Part shown: positions 9,745 through 19,912 of the stretch, piece after piece
How positions within the stretch are numbered: the stretch's first letter is position 1
How the letters are laid out: each line of letters starts with the position of its first letter
Sequence record: MT446387.1
From: Escherichia phage TH09
DNA length: 64,000 nt
Reading direction: 5' to 3' (one strand)
Notes under the pieces: model-generated
The model's database searches: none
What the model was told of the DNA's origin: nothing
What the model saw: only the letters and a program-made list of their open reading frames with translations
Position numbers and translations under genes: made by a program

Positions 9745-10230
9745 ATGATTACAGTAGATAAGTGGTTTAGAATTAATCGTGCTGATACAGGGCTGTGTAA
9801 TTACTGGCCGGAACTTAGTGCAGGTACTGTCTTTAAAGTTCGTGAACTTGCAAAAGAATGTGAAGATGATATAGAGCCTGATACTGGAATTATTGAAATT
9901 GAACTTTCTGATGGAAAGATTATTAACATCTACGATAAGCCAATTACGTATTGGTGCTTGTGGAATACTGAATCAGTAGAAAATGGCGAAATTGAAGAAG
10001 TTGTAGATAGAACTAATCAAGTTGTTCAGAAGCCTAAAGCTGATTTTCAAGGTGAACGTATTTCATACGCATTAGCTAAATTAGCTGCACAAGAAAATAA
10101 CGATGGCTATGAAGGAAATTTAATGCAAGCTGCCGCAGAGTACATTGAATGGCTTGAAACTCAAATTTCTTTTTCTGACCAAAAGATTCGGCAATATAAG
10201 CGATTGAATCAAATGTTTTACAATACTTGA
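9745..10230 (+). CDS. pin: putative Pin (inhibitor of host Lon protease)
   Basis: 161 aa, size and position (just upstream of gene 49) match T4 pin; GGAG SD. Confidence 0.5.
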   Translation: MITVDKWFRINRADTGLCNYWPELSAGTVFKVRELAKECEDDIEPDTGIIEIELSDGKIINIYDKPITYWCLWNTESVENGEIEEVVDRTNQVVQKPKADFQGERISYALAKLAAQENNDGYEGNLMQAAAEYIEWLETQISFSDQKIRQYKRLNQMFYNT

Positions 10231-10239
10231 AAATAATAA

Positions 10240-10270
10240 ATACCCTTATCTATTTAAGGTAAGGGTTTAT
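10240..10270 (+). terminator. hairpin, possible terminator
   Basis: Inverted repeat TACCCTTA / TAAGGGT followed by TTTATT. Confidence 0.35.
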
Positions 10271-10271
10271 T

Positions 10272-10745
10272 ATGTTATTGACTGGCAAATTATATAAAGA
10301 AGAAAAACAGAAATTTTATGATGCACAAAATGGTAAATGTTTAATTTGCCAACGAGAACTAAATCCTGATGTTCAAGCTAATCACCTCGACCATGACCAT
10401 GAATTAAATGGACCAAAAGCAGGAAAGGTACGTGGATTGCTTTGTAATCTCTGCAATGCCGCAGAAGGTCAAATGAAACATAAATTTAATCGTTCTGGCT
10501 TAAAGGGGCAAGGTGTTGATTATCTTGAATGGTTAGAAAATTTACTTACTTATTTAAAATCCGATTACACCCAAAATAATATTCACCCTAACTTTGTTGG
10601 AGATAAATCAAAGGAATTTTCTCGTTTAGGAAAAGAGGAAATGATGGCTGAGATGCTTCAAAGAGGATTTGAATATAATGAATCTGACACTAAAACACAA
10701 TTAATAGCTTCATTTAAGAAGCAGCTTAGAAAGAGTTTAAAATGA
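10272..10745 (+). CDS. 49: endonuclease VII (Holliday junction resolvase)
   Basis: 157 aa; recognised as T4 gp49. Confidence 0.9.
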   Translation: MLLTGKLYKEEKQKFYDAQNGKCLICQRELNPDVQANHLDHDHELNGPKAGKVRGLLCNLCNAAEGQMKHKFNRSGLKGQGVDYLEWLENLLTYLKSDYTQNNIHPNFVGDKSKEFSRLGKEEMMAEMLQRGFEYNESDTKTQLIASFKKQLRKSLK

Positions 10746-12559
10746 CAATTGAAAAAGAAATTGAAGGATTGATTCATAAAACTAATAAAGACCTTTTAAA
10801 CGAGAATGCTAATAAAGATTCTCGTGTTTTTCCAACTCAACGGGACCTTATGGCTGGTATTGTGTCTAAACACATTGCCAAAAATATGGTCCCGTCTTTT
10901 ATTATGAAAGCGCATGAAAGCGGAATTATTCATTTCCATGATATTGATTATTCCCCTGCTCTTCCATTTACTAATTGTTGTTTAGTAGATTTAAAAGGAA
11001 TGCTTGAGAACGGATTTAAGCTTGGCAATGCGCAGATTGAAACTCCTAAATCAATTGGCGTTGCTACTGCAATTATGGCACAAATTACTGCGCAAGTTGC
11101 TTCCCATCAATATGGCGGAACGACTTTTGCGAATGTAGATAAAGTACTTTCTCCTTATGTTAAACGCACCTATGCAAAACATATTGAGGATGCAGAAAAA
11201 TGGCAAATCGCTGATGCGTTGAATTATGCTCAATCTAAAACAGAAAAAGACGTATACGATGCATTCCAAGCTTATGAATATGAAGTAAATACTCTCTTTA
11301 GTTCAAACGGACAAACACCTTTTGTAACAATTACATTTGGTACAGGAACTGACTGGACTGAACGAATGATTCAGAAAGCAATTCTGAAAAATCGTATTAA
11401 AGGTCTCGGTCGTGATGGGATAACTCCTATTTTCCCTAAGCTTGTTATGTTCGTTGAAGAAGGTGTTAATCTTTACAAAGACGATCCGAACTATGATATT
11501 AAACAGCTTGCTCTAGAGTGCGCAAGCAAAAGGATGTATCCTGATATTATTTCAGCTAAGAACAATAAAGCTATCACCGGCTCATCTATTCCTGTTTCTC
11601 CAATGGGTTGTCGTAGTTTCTTGAGCGTATGGAAAGATTCGACTGGCAATGAAATTCTTGATGGACGTAATAATCTCGGTGTTGTAACACTGAATCTTCC
11701 TCGTATCGCGTTAGATTCTTATATTGGAACACAATTCAATGAACAGAAATTTGTTGAATTGTTCAATGAACGAATGGATTTATGTTTTGAAGCATTGATG
11801 TGTAGAATTAGTTCCTTAAAAGGAGTTAAAGCGACTGTTGCTCCTATTCTTTACCAAGAAGGTGCATTCGGGGTTCGTCTTAAACCTGATGACGATATAA
11901 TTGAGTTATTTAAAAATGGCAGAAGTTCAGTGTCTCTAGGATACATTGGTATTCACGAATTGAATATTCTTGTCGGTCGTGATATTGGACAAGAAATTTT
12001 AACTAAAATGAATGCTCATCTTAAGCAGTGGACTGAAAGAACTGGGTTTGCTTTTAGTTTATATTCGACTCCTGCTGAAAACCTTTGTTATCGCTTCTGT
12101 AAACTTGATACAGAAAAATATGGAAGCGTAAAAGATGTTACTGATAAAGGCTGGTACACTAATAGTTTCCATGTTTCAGTAGAAGAAAATATTACTCCGT
12201 TTGAAAAGATTTCTCGTGAAGCGCCATATCATTTCATTGCGACAGGTGGTCACATTTCTTATGTTGAACTTCCTGATATGAAAAATAATCTAAAAGGTCT
12301 TGAGGCCGTATGGGATTATGCTGCACAGCATTTAGATTATTTTGGTGTTAACATGCCAGTAGATAAGTGTTTTACATGCGGAAGTACTCATGAAATGACT
12401 CCTACTGAAAACGGATTTGTTTGTTCTATCTGTGGAGAAACTGATCCTAAAAAGATGAACACAATAAGAAGAACATGTGGTTATTTGGGAAATCCGAACG
12501 AACGCGGATTTAATCTTGGCAAAAATAAAGAAATCATGCATAGGGTTAAACACCAATGA
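10742..12559 (+). CDS. nrdD: anaerobic ribonucleoside-triphosphate reductase
   Basis: 605 aa continuous ORF, no intron; glycyl-radical C-terminus and CxxC cluster. Confidence 0.95.
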   Translation: MTIEKEIEGLIHKTNKDLLNENANKDSRVFPTQRDLMAGIVSKHIAKNMVPSFIMKAHESGIIHFHDIDYSPALPFTNCCLVDLKGMLENGFKLGNAQIETPKSIGVATAIMAQITAQVASHQYGGTTFANVDKVLSPYVKRTYAKHIEDAEKWQIADALNYAQSKTEKDVYDAFQAYEYEVNTLFSSNGQTPFVTITFGTGTDWTERMIQKAILKNRIKGLGRDGITPIFPKLVMFVEEGVNLYKDDPNYDIKQLALECASKRMYPDIISAKNNKAITGSSIPVSPMGCRSFLSVWKDSTGNEILDGRNNLGVVTLNLPRIALDSYIGTQFNEQKFVELFNERMDLCFEALMCRISSLKGVKATVAPILYQEGAFGVRLKPDDDIIELFKNGRSSVSLGYIGIHELNILVGRDIGQEILTKMNAHLKQWTERTGFAFSLYSTPAENLCYRFCKLDTEKYGSVKDVTDKGWYTNSFHVSVEENITPFEKISREAPYHFIATGGHISYVELPDMKNNLKGLEAVWDYAAQHLDYFGVNMPVDKCFTCGSTHEMTPTENGFVCSICGETDPKKMNTIRRTCGYLGNPNERGFNLGKNKEIMHRVKHQ

Positions 12560-13026
12560 ATTATGATAGATTTTATCCTTGCGATTTTGTTAATGGCCCT
12601 GGTTGCAGGGTCGTTCTTTTCGTTACAGGTTGTTTGCATAAATGCGAAGGGTGTTATAATAAATCAACATGGAATGCTAGAAATGGTATTCCATTCACTG
12701 GAGAGACACTAGAGCAATTAATTGAATGTTTGAATAATGATTATATAGAAGGATTAACTATAACTGGGGGTGACCCTCTTTATCCTGATAACAGAGATGT
12801 GATTCATTGCATTGTTCAAACAGTAAAAAATCTTTATCCCAATAAAAGCATTTGGTTGTGGACAGGATATAAATTTGAAGATATTAAACAACTAGAAATG
12901 CTTAAATATGTTGATGTTATTATTGATGGGAAGTATGAGAAAAATCTTCCGACCAAAAAGCTGTGGCGAGGATCAGATAATCAGCGACTTTGGTCAAATA
13001 CCGATGGGGTGTGGAAACATGATTAA
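12556..13026 (+). CDS. nrdG: anaerobic RNR activating enzyme (radical SAM)
   Basis: 156 aa; CxxxCxxC motif (CLHKCEGC); overlaps nrdD stop. Confidence 0.9.
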   Translation: MNYDRFYPCDFVNGPGCRVVLFVTGCLHKCEGCYNKSTWNARNGIPFTGETLEQLIECLNNDYIEGLTITGGDPLYPDNRDVIHCIVQTVKNLYPNKSIWLWTGYKFEDIKQLEMLKYVDVIIDGKYEKNLPTKKLWRGSDNQRLWSNTDGVWKHD

Positions 13027-13140
13027 ATTGAATTATATTATGGACACTATAAATGATATGATTTTTCATTTTGGTCCAGAATTTTATTCGCAATATAGTT
13101 TAGTGCTTATCAATGCTTGGTTAATCAATTAAGGGTAAAT

Positions 13141-13353
13141 ATGTATAAATTTCGTAAAGGTTTAGCTGATTTTCTTACAACCGTAACATTCTTTTTGTTT
13201 ATGGCAGTTGGAGCTATTTTCCTTATTCCTTTTATTGCTATATTTTTCGTGATTAGTTTGATTTCTCCAGAAAAAGGACTATCTTCTAGTGAGTTCAATG
13301 AGCGTCTGGATAAAATTACTAATAAGCTGAATTCTGCTCTTAGTAAGGAATAG
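13141..13353 (+). CDS. small membrane protein
   Basis: 70 aa with hydrophobic core; AAGGG SD. Confidence 0.45.
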   Translation: MYKFRKGLADFLTTVTFFLFMAVGAIFLIPFIAIFFVISLISPEKGLSSSEFNERLDKITNKLNSALSKE

Positions 13354-13355
13354 TT

Positions 13356-13664
13356 GTGAAACAAAACAAGATTGAAGTCTATGGAATTCCAGATGAAGTA
13401 GGTCGTTGTCCTGGATGTCAATCAGTTACAAAACTTCTAAAGGAGCTCAATGCTCCTTTTACTTTCTATAAAGTTCTTACAAATAATGGTAAGATTGAGT
13501 ATGATCGTCCACTGATTGTATCTCTTGCTAAACGCGCTGGATTCACATCTCTTAACATTCGTTATCCAGTCATTTTCATCAATGATTCTAGACAAAAGAA
13601 CATTAAACACTTCAAAGAAACTCTCATTTCACTTGGATATGATAGAGATATCATAGAAGACTAA
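13356..13664 (+). CDS. nrdH: glutaredoxin-like protein
   Basis: 102 aa; CPGC redox motif; GTG start. Confidence 0.65.
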   Translation: MKQNKIEVYGIPDEVGRCPGCQSVTKLLKELNAPFTFYKVLTNNGKIEYDRPLIVSLAKRAGFTSLNIRYPVIFINDSRQKNIKHFKETLISLGYDRDIIED

Positions 13665-13666
13665 GA

Positions 13667-13690
13667 CGGGCCCTCTGGGCCTTTCTTTCT
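13667..13690 (+). terminator. rho-independent terminator
   Basis: GGCCC-tct-GGGCC hairpin then T-rich tract. Confidence 0.5.
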
Positions 13691-13744
13691 TACATTCTGT
13701 ATATTACCATTCTAAGCTATCGTTCCCTTCTTATCATTCCCTAA

Positions 13745-13800
13745 AATAATTTTCACAAAGTTGTTTACAACAAGTTCAAACCGTGGTATTATTAACATAT
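13745..13800 (+). promoter_or_regulatory. T4-type early promoter
   Basis: GTTTACA 13763-13769, TGGTATTAT -10. Confidence 0.55.
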
Positions 13801-13822
13801 GAATTGCCTTTGAGGATTTGAT

Positions 13823-14005
13823 ATGGTTGTGGTTGATAAAGAAATTAAAAAGGGACAATATTATTTTATTAATGGTAATGTTGTTCGTGTTACTTACGTA
13901 AATGGTTATGATGTTTATTATCTTATACTTAAGTTACATAAACACATGATTTGTGATCGTGCTGTATTTAGTTCAGTTGCTAAGGAAATTAAACTCCATG
14001 GGTAA
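13823..14005 (+). CDS. hypothetical protein
   Basis: 60 aa ORF. Confidence 0.4.
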   Translation: MVVVDKEIKKGQYYFINGNVVRVTYVNGYDVYYLILKLHKHMICDRAVFSSVAKEIKLHG

Positions 14006-14291
14006 AACGTATCGTCGTAAAGACTTGAAAGTTCGTGATTATGACTATTTCGGAAAGCGTAAAGCCCCTGATGGGGTAAGTCATAAAGATATGGTTGAAA
14101 ACATTTTTCGCTCAGATAAATGGCGTAGAATGAAAGGCATTGATTCAGAAGTTAAAGATGAGCTAAATCGCCAATTACGTGGTGAAGTAAGAAAGTTGAA
14201 AAAATCAGTTTACATTGACGATGATTTTGATTACAATACATCTCAACGAGTTGCTAAGCGCAAATCAAACGAGTGTTATCGTTACAGCTGA
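13998..14291 (+). CDS. hypothetical basic protein
   Basis: Track ORF 13953; AAGGAA upstream of ATG 13998. Confidence 0.45.
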   Translation: MGKTYRRKDLKVRDYDYFGKRKAPDGVSHKDMVENIFRSDKWRRMKGIDSEVKDELNRQLRGEVRKLKKSVYIDDDFDYNTSQRVAKRKSNECYRYS

Positions 14292-14298
14292 GGAAAAT

Positions 14299-14430
14299 AT
14301 GAATATCAAACGAATGCTTTTTAAGCAGGGGTTATACACTTTAAATGTTACTCCAAAAGGCGATACAACTAAGTGGTCAGTAAATGACTGGATTAAATTT
14401 ATTGATGAAAATGGTAACTGGAAAATTTAA
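14299..14430 (+). CDS. small hypothetical protein
   Basis: GAGGAAA SD before ATG 14299 in frame of track ORF 14215. Confidence 0.4.
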   Translation: MNIKRMLFKQGLYTLNVTPKGDTTKWSVNDWIKFIDENGNWKI

Positions 14431-14631
14431 ATGAATCCTGAATCTAAATTATCGCAACGAATTGCTGAAGCTCGTCGTCAGTTCTTTGAAAATATGATAG
14501 CCCAAGGTATTGATGACGAAGTTTTTCTAAACTGGTTTTGGAATCACAAATATTCAAAATGCTCAGGAGCAATATTAATATCAGCCGCAATGATGTACGA
14601 AGGCTGGAAGGGTGCCAAACAGTTTAGCTAA
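14431..14631 (+). CDS. hypothetical protein
   Basis: 66 aa ORF. Confidence 0.45.
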   Translation: MNPESKLSQRIAEARRQFFENMIAQGIDDEVFLNWFWNHKYSKCSGAILISAAMMYEGWKGAKQFS

Positions 14632-14650
14632 GGGCTTCGGCCCTTTTTGG
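14632..14650 (+). terminator. rho-independent terminator
   Basis: GGGCTTCGGCCC hairpin plus TTTTT. Confidence 0.6.
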
Positions 14651-14683
14651 ATAATAAAATTTTAACGCAATTGAGGATAATGT

Positions 14684-15010
14684 ATGACTATTCAAATTAA
14701 AAACGCCATCAATTCTTATGCATATGATAAAGTAGTTTCTTTGCTAGAAAAAGGCGATATTGTAACTCCTCAAAGTTTGGATAAATGGGAAAAAGAGCTT
14801 CATCAGACGATGAAACAGAATGATCAGAAGATTGGACGCAACACTATCCGCGAATTGTTGGTTCAATATATCTTGTCAGAATTTGATGTTAAAGCTTTTG
14901 GCGTAGAATCTAAAGCTTATCAAAAACATGAAATTTCCGATAAAACTATTCGTCGTATGAAAAATCAACGCAAGAAAAAATTTGCTGACCTGAAAATTAC
15001 TAAGGTATAA
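14684..15010 (+). CDS. hypothetical protein
   Basis: 108 aa; GAGGA SD. Confidence 0.5.
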   Translation: MTIQIKNAINSYAYDKVVSLLEKGDIVTPQSLDKWEKELHQTMKQNDQKIGRNTIRELLVQYILSEFDVKAFGVESKAYQKHEISDKTIRRMKNQRKKKFADLKITKV

Positions 15011-15012
15011 TT

Positions 15013-15228
15013 ATGAACGAAGCTCTTATTAACGATTTGCGTCTTGCCGGATATGAAGTAAATACAAATGGCATTGGTTTAACTCAAATTGAAGGAAATG
15101 GATTCATCCTTGAGTATGAATTTAGCCAATGGTGGTTATACGCTAATTACGGCGAATTGATTGAATACGTCGACCAATTTGATTCACTAGATGCAGCTCT
15201 CGAAGCGGCTAAGTTGATGAATGTATGA
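15013..15228 (+). CDS. hypothetical protein
   Basis: 71 aa. Confidence 0.45.
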   Translation: MNEALINDLRLAGYEVNTNGIGLTQIEGNGFILEYEFSQWWLYANYGELIEYVDQFDSLDAALEAAKLMNV

Positions 15229-15494
15229 AATTTATTAATATTTCTATTACTATTGAAAATTATGGAATTTTCTATGTTGACCAATACATGAAAATTTCAT
15301 TTTTCCCAAATAAGACTGGTGTTGGATATTGGGAAAGCCATGTTTCTGAATTAAATGAAAGCGAATATGCTAGCACACATGAAAAGTTTTTAGACTTTTT
15401 ATATCATGCTGATTTAACTAGTCATTATATAGATATTCATGAATTTAAAAAGATGATGGAAAAAGTGTTCCAAGCATACTGCTTACTTAGATAA
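15225..15494 (+). CDS. hypothetical protein
   Basis: 89 aa. Confidence 0.45.
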   Translation: MKFINISITIENYGIFYVDQYMKISFFPNKTGVGYWESHVSELNESEYASTHEKFLDFLYHADLTSHYIDIHEFKKMMEKVFQAYCLLR

Positions 15495-15572
15495 CTGATA
15501 TCCTCTATGCTTTAAGATAGATCTTCAAATATTATGATATAATAGATCTATGAATTGAGCTAAGAGGTGAAA

Positions 15573-16130
15573 ATGTCAGAAACTAAGCCTAAATATAATT
15601 ACGTAAACAATAAAGAGCTTTTACAAGCTATTATTGATTGGAAAACAGAATTAGCAAATAATAAAGACCCAAATAAAGTAGTTCGTCAGAATGATACTAT
15701 CGGATTAGCCATTATGCTTATTGCAGAAGGCTTATCTAAACGTTTCAACTTTTCAGGATACACCCAGTCTTGGAAACAAGAAATGATTGCAGATGGTATA
15801 GAAGCTTCTATTAAGGGGCTTCACAATTTTGATGAAACGAAATATAAAAACCCACATGCGTATATAACTCAAGCTTGTTTTAATGCATTCGTCCAGCGTA
15901 TTAAAAAAGAACGTAAGGAAGTTGCAAAGAAATATAGTTACTTCGTTCACAATGTCTATGACAGTCGTGACGACGATATGGTTGCGTTAGTAGATGAAAC
16001 TTTTATTCAAGACATCTACGATAAAATGACGCATTACGAAGAATCAACCTATAGAACACCCGGGGCTGAAAAGAAAAGTGTTGTAAACGATTCTCCTAGT
16101 TTGGATTTTTTATATGAGGCTAACGATTAA
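15573..16130 (+). CDS. 55: late-transcription sigma factor gp55
   Basis: 185 aa from ATG 15573 ([13 protein letters not shown]...); recognised as T4 gp55. Confidence 0.9.
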   Translation: MSETKPKYNYVNNKELLQAIIDWKTELANNKDPNKVVRQNDTIGLAIMLIAEGLSKRFNFSGYTQSWKQEMIADGIEASIKGLHNFDETKYKNPHAYITQACFNAFVQRIKKERKEVAKKYSYFVHNVYDSRDDDMVALVDETFIQDIYDKMTHYEESTYRTPGAEKKSVVNDSPSLDFLYEAND

Positions 16131-16332
16131 CCTCTCCGGATTCTTGGAAGAAATACCTGAAGTTGAAGCTATTCCCTATTTGCTTAAAATGTATCTCAGG
16201 GAAGTTTTAGCTCTTGACATTGATATTGATCCAGAAAATCCGTATGATACCGCTTTTAAATCTAATGGTGTAGAATTAAATTACAGGTATCATTTAACAG
16301 ATGATGATTTTTATTTTATATTAGAGAAATAA
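16114..16332 (+). CDS. hypothetical protein
   Basis: 72 aa overlapping the gene 55 stop. Confidence 0.4.
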   Translation: MRLTINLSGFLEEIPEVEAIPYLLKMYLREVLALDIDIDPENPYDTAFKSNGVELNYRYHLTDDDFYFILEK

Positions 16333-16333
16333 T

Positions 16334-16651
16334 ATGACTGATAAACCCGAAATTAATGATGAAGTGGAAAAGCTTATTTCTTCTATTGAAGAAAAGAACC
16401 GTCTTGAAGCAGAAAGAAAAGCAAATAAGTTATTGTCTAAAAACAAACGCGAACTGAATCGTCTTTATAAGCACGCTCAGATCGCAGCTGAAAACAATAA
16501 TTTTGCTCAATACGAATATGCTATCAAGAAAAGTCGGGATATTCTAAAACAGCCATATAACGATGAACTCATCAGTATTCTTTGGAAGACTACTAGATCG
16601 CAAATTGAGGATATGATTGATGCTTACACACGTAAAATTCAAGCGTCTTAA
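16334..16651 (+). CDS. hypothetical protein
   Basis: 105 aa. Confidence 0.5.
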   Translation: MTDKPEINDEVEKLISSIEEKNRLEAERKANKLLSKNKRELNRLYKHAQIAAENNNFAQYEYAIKKSRDILKQPYNDELISILWKTTRSQIEDMIDAYTRKIQAS

Positions 16652-16823
16652 AATTAATGCAGGATTTACTGAATCTTTGAATGGTCATCTTTGTGTGAAA
16701 ATTTCTGAAAAAGAATACCATGATAGTTCAATTAAAGAAGTTAATCCTCCTATTGTAAGAGCAGACCCTAATATGAAAGTGTGGGTTGATTCTTATCAAG
16801 TCAAAAAATGGTGGCAGTTATGA
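16617..16823 (+). CDS. hypothetical protein
   Basis: 68 aa track ORF. Confidence 0.35.
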   Translation: MMLTHVKFKRLKINAGFTESLNGHLCVKISEKEYHDSSIKEVNPPIVRADPNMKVWVDSYQVKKWWQL

Positions 16824-16999
16824 AAGATGAACATCCAGACTTCTGAAATAGATTATAATAAAATTCGTTCCTCTAAAGAGGAAATGATGAGACGCTTTAA
16901 AGAGTCTCATGATAAAGCTAAAGCAGAAGGAACTATAAAATATAAGCGCATAAAATTTAAAAGTTCTAACGAGCCTCTGTATGGCGTATTATGCGGATA

Positions 17000-17013
17000 G
17001 GAGCTTCGGCTCC
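17000..17013 (+). other. UUCG-tetraloop hairpin
   Basis: GGAGC-TTCG-GCTCC; no strong T-run. Confidence 0.4.
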
Positions 17014-17015
17014 TA

Positions 17016-17045
17016 TATTGCTTTATAAATTTTTGGTAAAATAAA
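17016..17045 (+). promoter_or_regulatory. putative MotA-dependent middle promoter for a-gt
   Basis: MotA box TTGCTTTA 17018-17025, TAAAAT 17037-17042 after 11 bp. Confidence 0.4.
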
Positions 17046-17066
17046 CCAAAACAAAGAGGATATTAA

Positions 17067-18269
17067 ATGAAAGTATGTATTTTTATGGCTCGAGGTCTTG
17101 AAGGTTGTGGTGTAACAAAATTCTCACTCGAGCAACGTGATTGGTTTATTAAAAATGGTCATGAAGTAACTTTGGTTTATGCTAAAGATAAATCATTTAC
17201 TCGTAATTGCGCGCATGATTATAAATCATTTTCAATTCCGGTTTTATTGGCAAAAGAATATGATAAAACACTTAAGCTGGTAAATGATTGTGATATTCTA
17301 ATTATCAATTCGGTTCCTGCTACTTCGGTTGAAGAAGACACGATTAATAACTATAAAAAAATTATTGATAACATTAAACCTTCTGTTCGTGTTGTAGTTT
17401 ATCAACATGACCATTCTTCTCTTTCTTTGCGTCGAAATTTGGGATTAGAAGAAACTGTTCGTCGAGCTGATGTTATTTTTAGCCATTCTGATAATGGTGA
17501 TTTTAATAAAGTTCTGATGAAAGAGTGGTATCCTGAAACAGTTTCTCTGTTTGATGATATTGAAGAAGCGCCGACAGTATATAACTTTCAGCCTCCGATG
17601 GATATTGCGAAGGTTCGATCAACCTACTGGAAAGATGTTTCTGAAATTAACATGAATATCAACCGTTGGATTGGTCGTACTACTACATGGAAAGGTTTTT
17701 ATCAGATGTTTGATTTTCATGAAAAACATCTTAAACCTGCAGGACTAAGTACTATTATGGAAGGTCTGGAACGTTCTCCAGCGTTTATTCCTATTAAAGA
17801 AAAAGGAATTCCATACGAGTATTATCGTCTTCATCAAGTAGACCAAATTAAAATTGCTCCTAATTTGCCAACGCAAATTCTTGACCGTTATGTAAATAGC
17901 GAAATGCTTGAACGCATGAGTAAATCCGGTTTTGGTTATCAGTTGAGTAAGTTGGATAAAAAATATCTACAACGTTCTTTAGAATATACTCATCTCGAGC
18001 TTGGTGCATGTGGAACAATTCCGGTATTTTGGAAATCTACTGGCGAAAATTTAAAATTCCGTGTTGATAATAATCCTTTGACCTCGCATGATAGCGGTAT
18101 CATTTGGTTTGATGAAAATGACATGGAATCAACATTTGAACATATTAAAGAACTGTCATCTGACCGAGCTCTTTATGACCGTGAGCGAGAAAAAGCATAT
18201 GAATTTTTGTATCAGCATCAAGATTCAAGCTTCTGCTTTAAAGAACAGTTTGACATTATTACAAAATAA
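17067..18269 (+). CDS. a-gt: DNA alpha-glucosyltransferase
   Basis: 400 aa; recognised as T4 a-gt. Confidence 0.95.
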   Translation: MKVCIFMARGLEGCGVTKFSLEQRDWFIKNGHEVTLVYAKDKSFTRNCAHDYKSFSIPVLLAKEYDKTLKLVNDCDILIINSVPATSVEEDTINNYKKIIDNIKPSVRVVVYQHDHSSLSLRRNLGLEETVRRADVIFSHSDNGDFNKVLMKEWYPETVSLFDDIEEAPTVYNFQPPMDIAKVRSTYWKDVSEINMNINRWIGRTTTWKGFYQMFDFHEKHLKPAGLSTIMEGLERSPAFIPIKEKGIPYEYYRLHQVDQIKIAPNLPTQILDRYVNSEMLERMSKSGFGYQLSKLDKKYLQRSLEYTHLELGACGTIPVFWKSTGENLKFRVDNNPLTSHDSGIIWFDENDMESTFEHIKELSSDRALYDREREKAYEFLYQHQDSSFCFKEQFDIITK

Positions 18270-18286
18270 AGGGCTTCGGCCCTTTA
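18270..18286 (+). terminator. rho-independent terminator
   Basis: GGGCTTCGGCCC plus TTT. Confidence 0.55.
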
Positions 18287-18445
18287 GCTTTATACGGAGT
18301 TTGATATAATGATATTTCTTGGATATGTGATACTTTTTCTTGCATTTTATCTATTCACTAGAGCATGCTGGATTGGTTTCTTTAGCACTCCAGATGGATT
18401 TATTTCAATAATTTTATTTTGCATTTCAATGACGGTTCTTGATAT

Positions 18446-19465
18446 ATGAAAATTTTAAATTTAGGTGATTGGCATTTAGGCGTTAAAGCCGATGATGAGT
18501 GGGTTCAATCTATTCAGTTGGATGGAATTAAACAAGCAATAGAATATTCTAAGAAAAATGGAATTACTACATGGATTCAATACGGCGATATTTTTGATGT
18601 GCGAAAAGCAATCACACATAAAACTATGGAGTTCGCTCGTGAAATAGTTCAAATGCTTGATGATGCTGGTATTACCCTACATACTGTTGTAGGAAACCAT
18701 GATATGCACTTTAAAAATACTTTAACTCCAAATGCCTCTACTGAGCTTTTGGCTAAATATCCTAATGTTAAAGTATATGATAAGCCTACTACAGTAGATT
18801 TTGACGGGTGTTTGATTGATTTGATTCCTTGGATGTGCGAAGAAAATACTGGTGAAATTCTTGAACACATCAAAACTTCATCTGCTTCTTTTTGTGTTGG
18901 TCACTGGGAGCTGAATGGATTTTATTTTTATAAAGGAATGAAATCTCACGGTCTTGAACCTGATTTCCTTAAGACTTATAAAGAGGTGTGGTCTGGTCAC
19001 TTCCATACTATCTCTGAGGCTGCTAACGTCAGATATATTGGGACACCATGGACACTAACTGCAGGTGACGAGAATGACCCTCGTGGGTTCTGGATGTTTG
19101 ATACAGAAACAGAACGAATGGAATTTATTCCAAACAATACTACCTGGCACCGTAGAATTCATTATCCATTTAAAGGAAAAATTGACTATAAAGATTTTAC
19201 AAATCTATCAGTACGTGTTATAGTAACTGAAGTAGACAAAAATCTGACGAAGTTCGAATCTGAACTAGAAAAAGTTGTGCATTCATTACGAGTTGTGTCA
19301 AAGATTGATAACTCTGTCGAGTCAGATGACAGTGAAGAAGTTGAAGTTCAATCTCTTCAGACGTTGATGGAAGAATACATTAATGCAATTCCAGACATCA
19401 CTGATTCTGATCGTGAAGCACTTATTCAATATGCAAATCAGTTATATGTAGAGGCAACACAATGA
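18446..19465 (+). CDS. 47: recombination nuclease subunit gp47 (Mre11-like)
   Basis: 339 aa; GDWHLG and phosphoesterase histidines. Confidence 0.9.
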   Translation: MKILNLGDWHLGVKADDEWVQSIQLDGIKQAIEYSKKNGITTWIQYGDIFDVRKAITHKTMEFAREIVQMLDDAGITLHTVVGNHDMHFKNTLTPNASTELLAKYPNVKVYDKPTTVDFDGCLIDLIPWMCEENTGEILEHIKTSSASFCVGHWELNGFYFYKGMKSHGLEPDFLKTYKEVWSGHFHTISEAANVRYIGTPWTLTAGDENDPRGFWMFDTETERMEFIPNNTTWHRRIHYPFKGKIDYKDFTNLSVRVIVTEVDKNLTKFESELEKVVHSLRVVSKIDNSVESDDSEEVEVQSLQTLMEEYINAIPDITDSDREALIQYANQLYVEATQ

Positions 19466-19725
19466 CTTTTGATGAATTTAAAAATGTTATGATGAGTCAG
19501 CATTTTGAATGCGAAGTAAAAGATGATATTGGTCATAAAGAAATTATTGAATATTGGTTTGAACCGCTAGAGGTTGAAGATAATTGTATTAAAAAGGTTA
19601 CAGTCTGCACTGACTGGGCTGTATCTTTTAACTTCAACATTTTAGATAATGACACACCTAAATCATTGCGAGATATGGCTGTATCTTGTATTAAGGATGC
19701 ATACTGTGAAGTTTTCGACATTTGA
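19462..19725 (+). CDS. hypothetical protein
   Basis: 87 aa between genes 47 and 46. Confidence 0.5.
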   Translation: MTFDEFKNVMMSQHFECEVKDDIGHKEIIEYWFEPLEVEDNCIKKVTVCTDWAVSFNFNILDNDTPKSLRDMAVSCIKDAYCEVFDI

Positions 19726-19912
19726 CATTAATGATGAATTCATAGCAAATATTGATTATACCGAAGAAGATTCTAGATATGTTGGAATAATTTATATTAC
19801 ATCAAAAACAACACAAGGTGTTGTTTGCGTGGCTGAATTTGATGAATACTTTTTAGATTATGATGATATGATAGAATGGTCTAAAAGATACATTAAAAGG
19901 AATCTTTTGTGA
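19697..19912 (+). CDS. hypothetical protein
   Basis: Track ORF 19649; internal ATG 19697 more plausible; start uncertain. Confidence 0.35.
   Translation: MHTVKFSTFDINDEFIANIDYTEEDSRYVGIIYITSKTTQGVVCVAEFDEYFLDYDDMIEWSKRYIKRNLL

Noticed and set aside
10742-12559. Group I intron with homing endonuclease in nrdD
   Set aside because: The ORF is continuous at the full 605 aa; no in-frame stop or inserted ORF.
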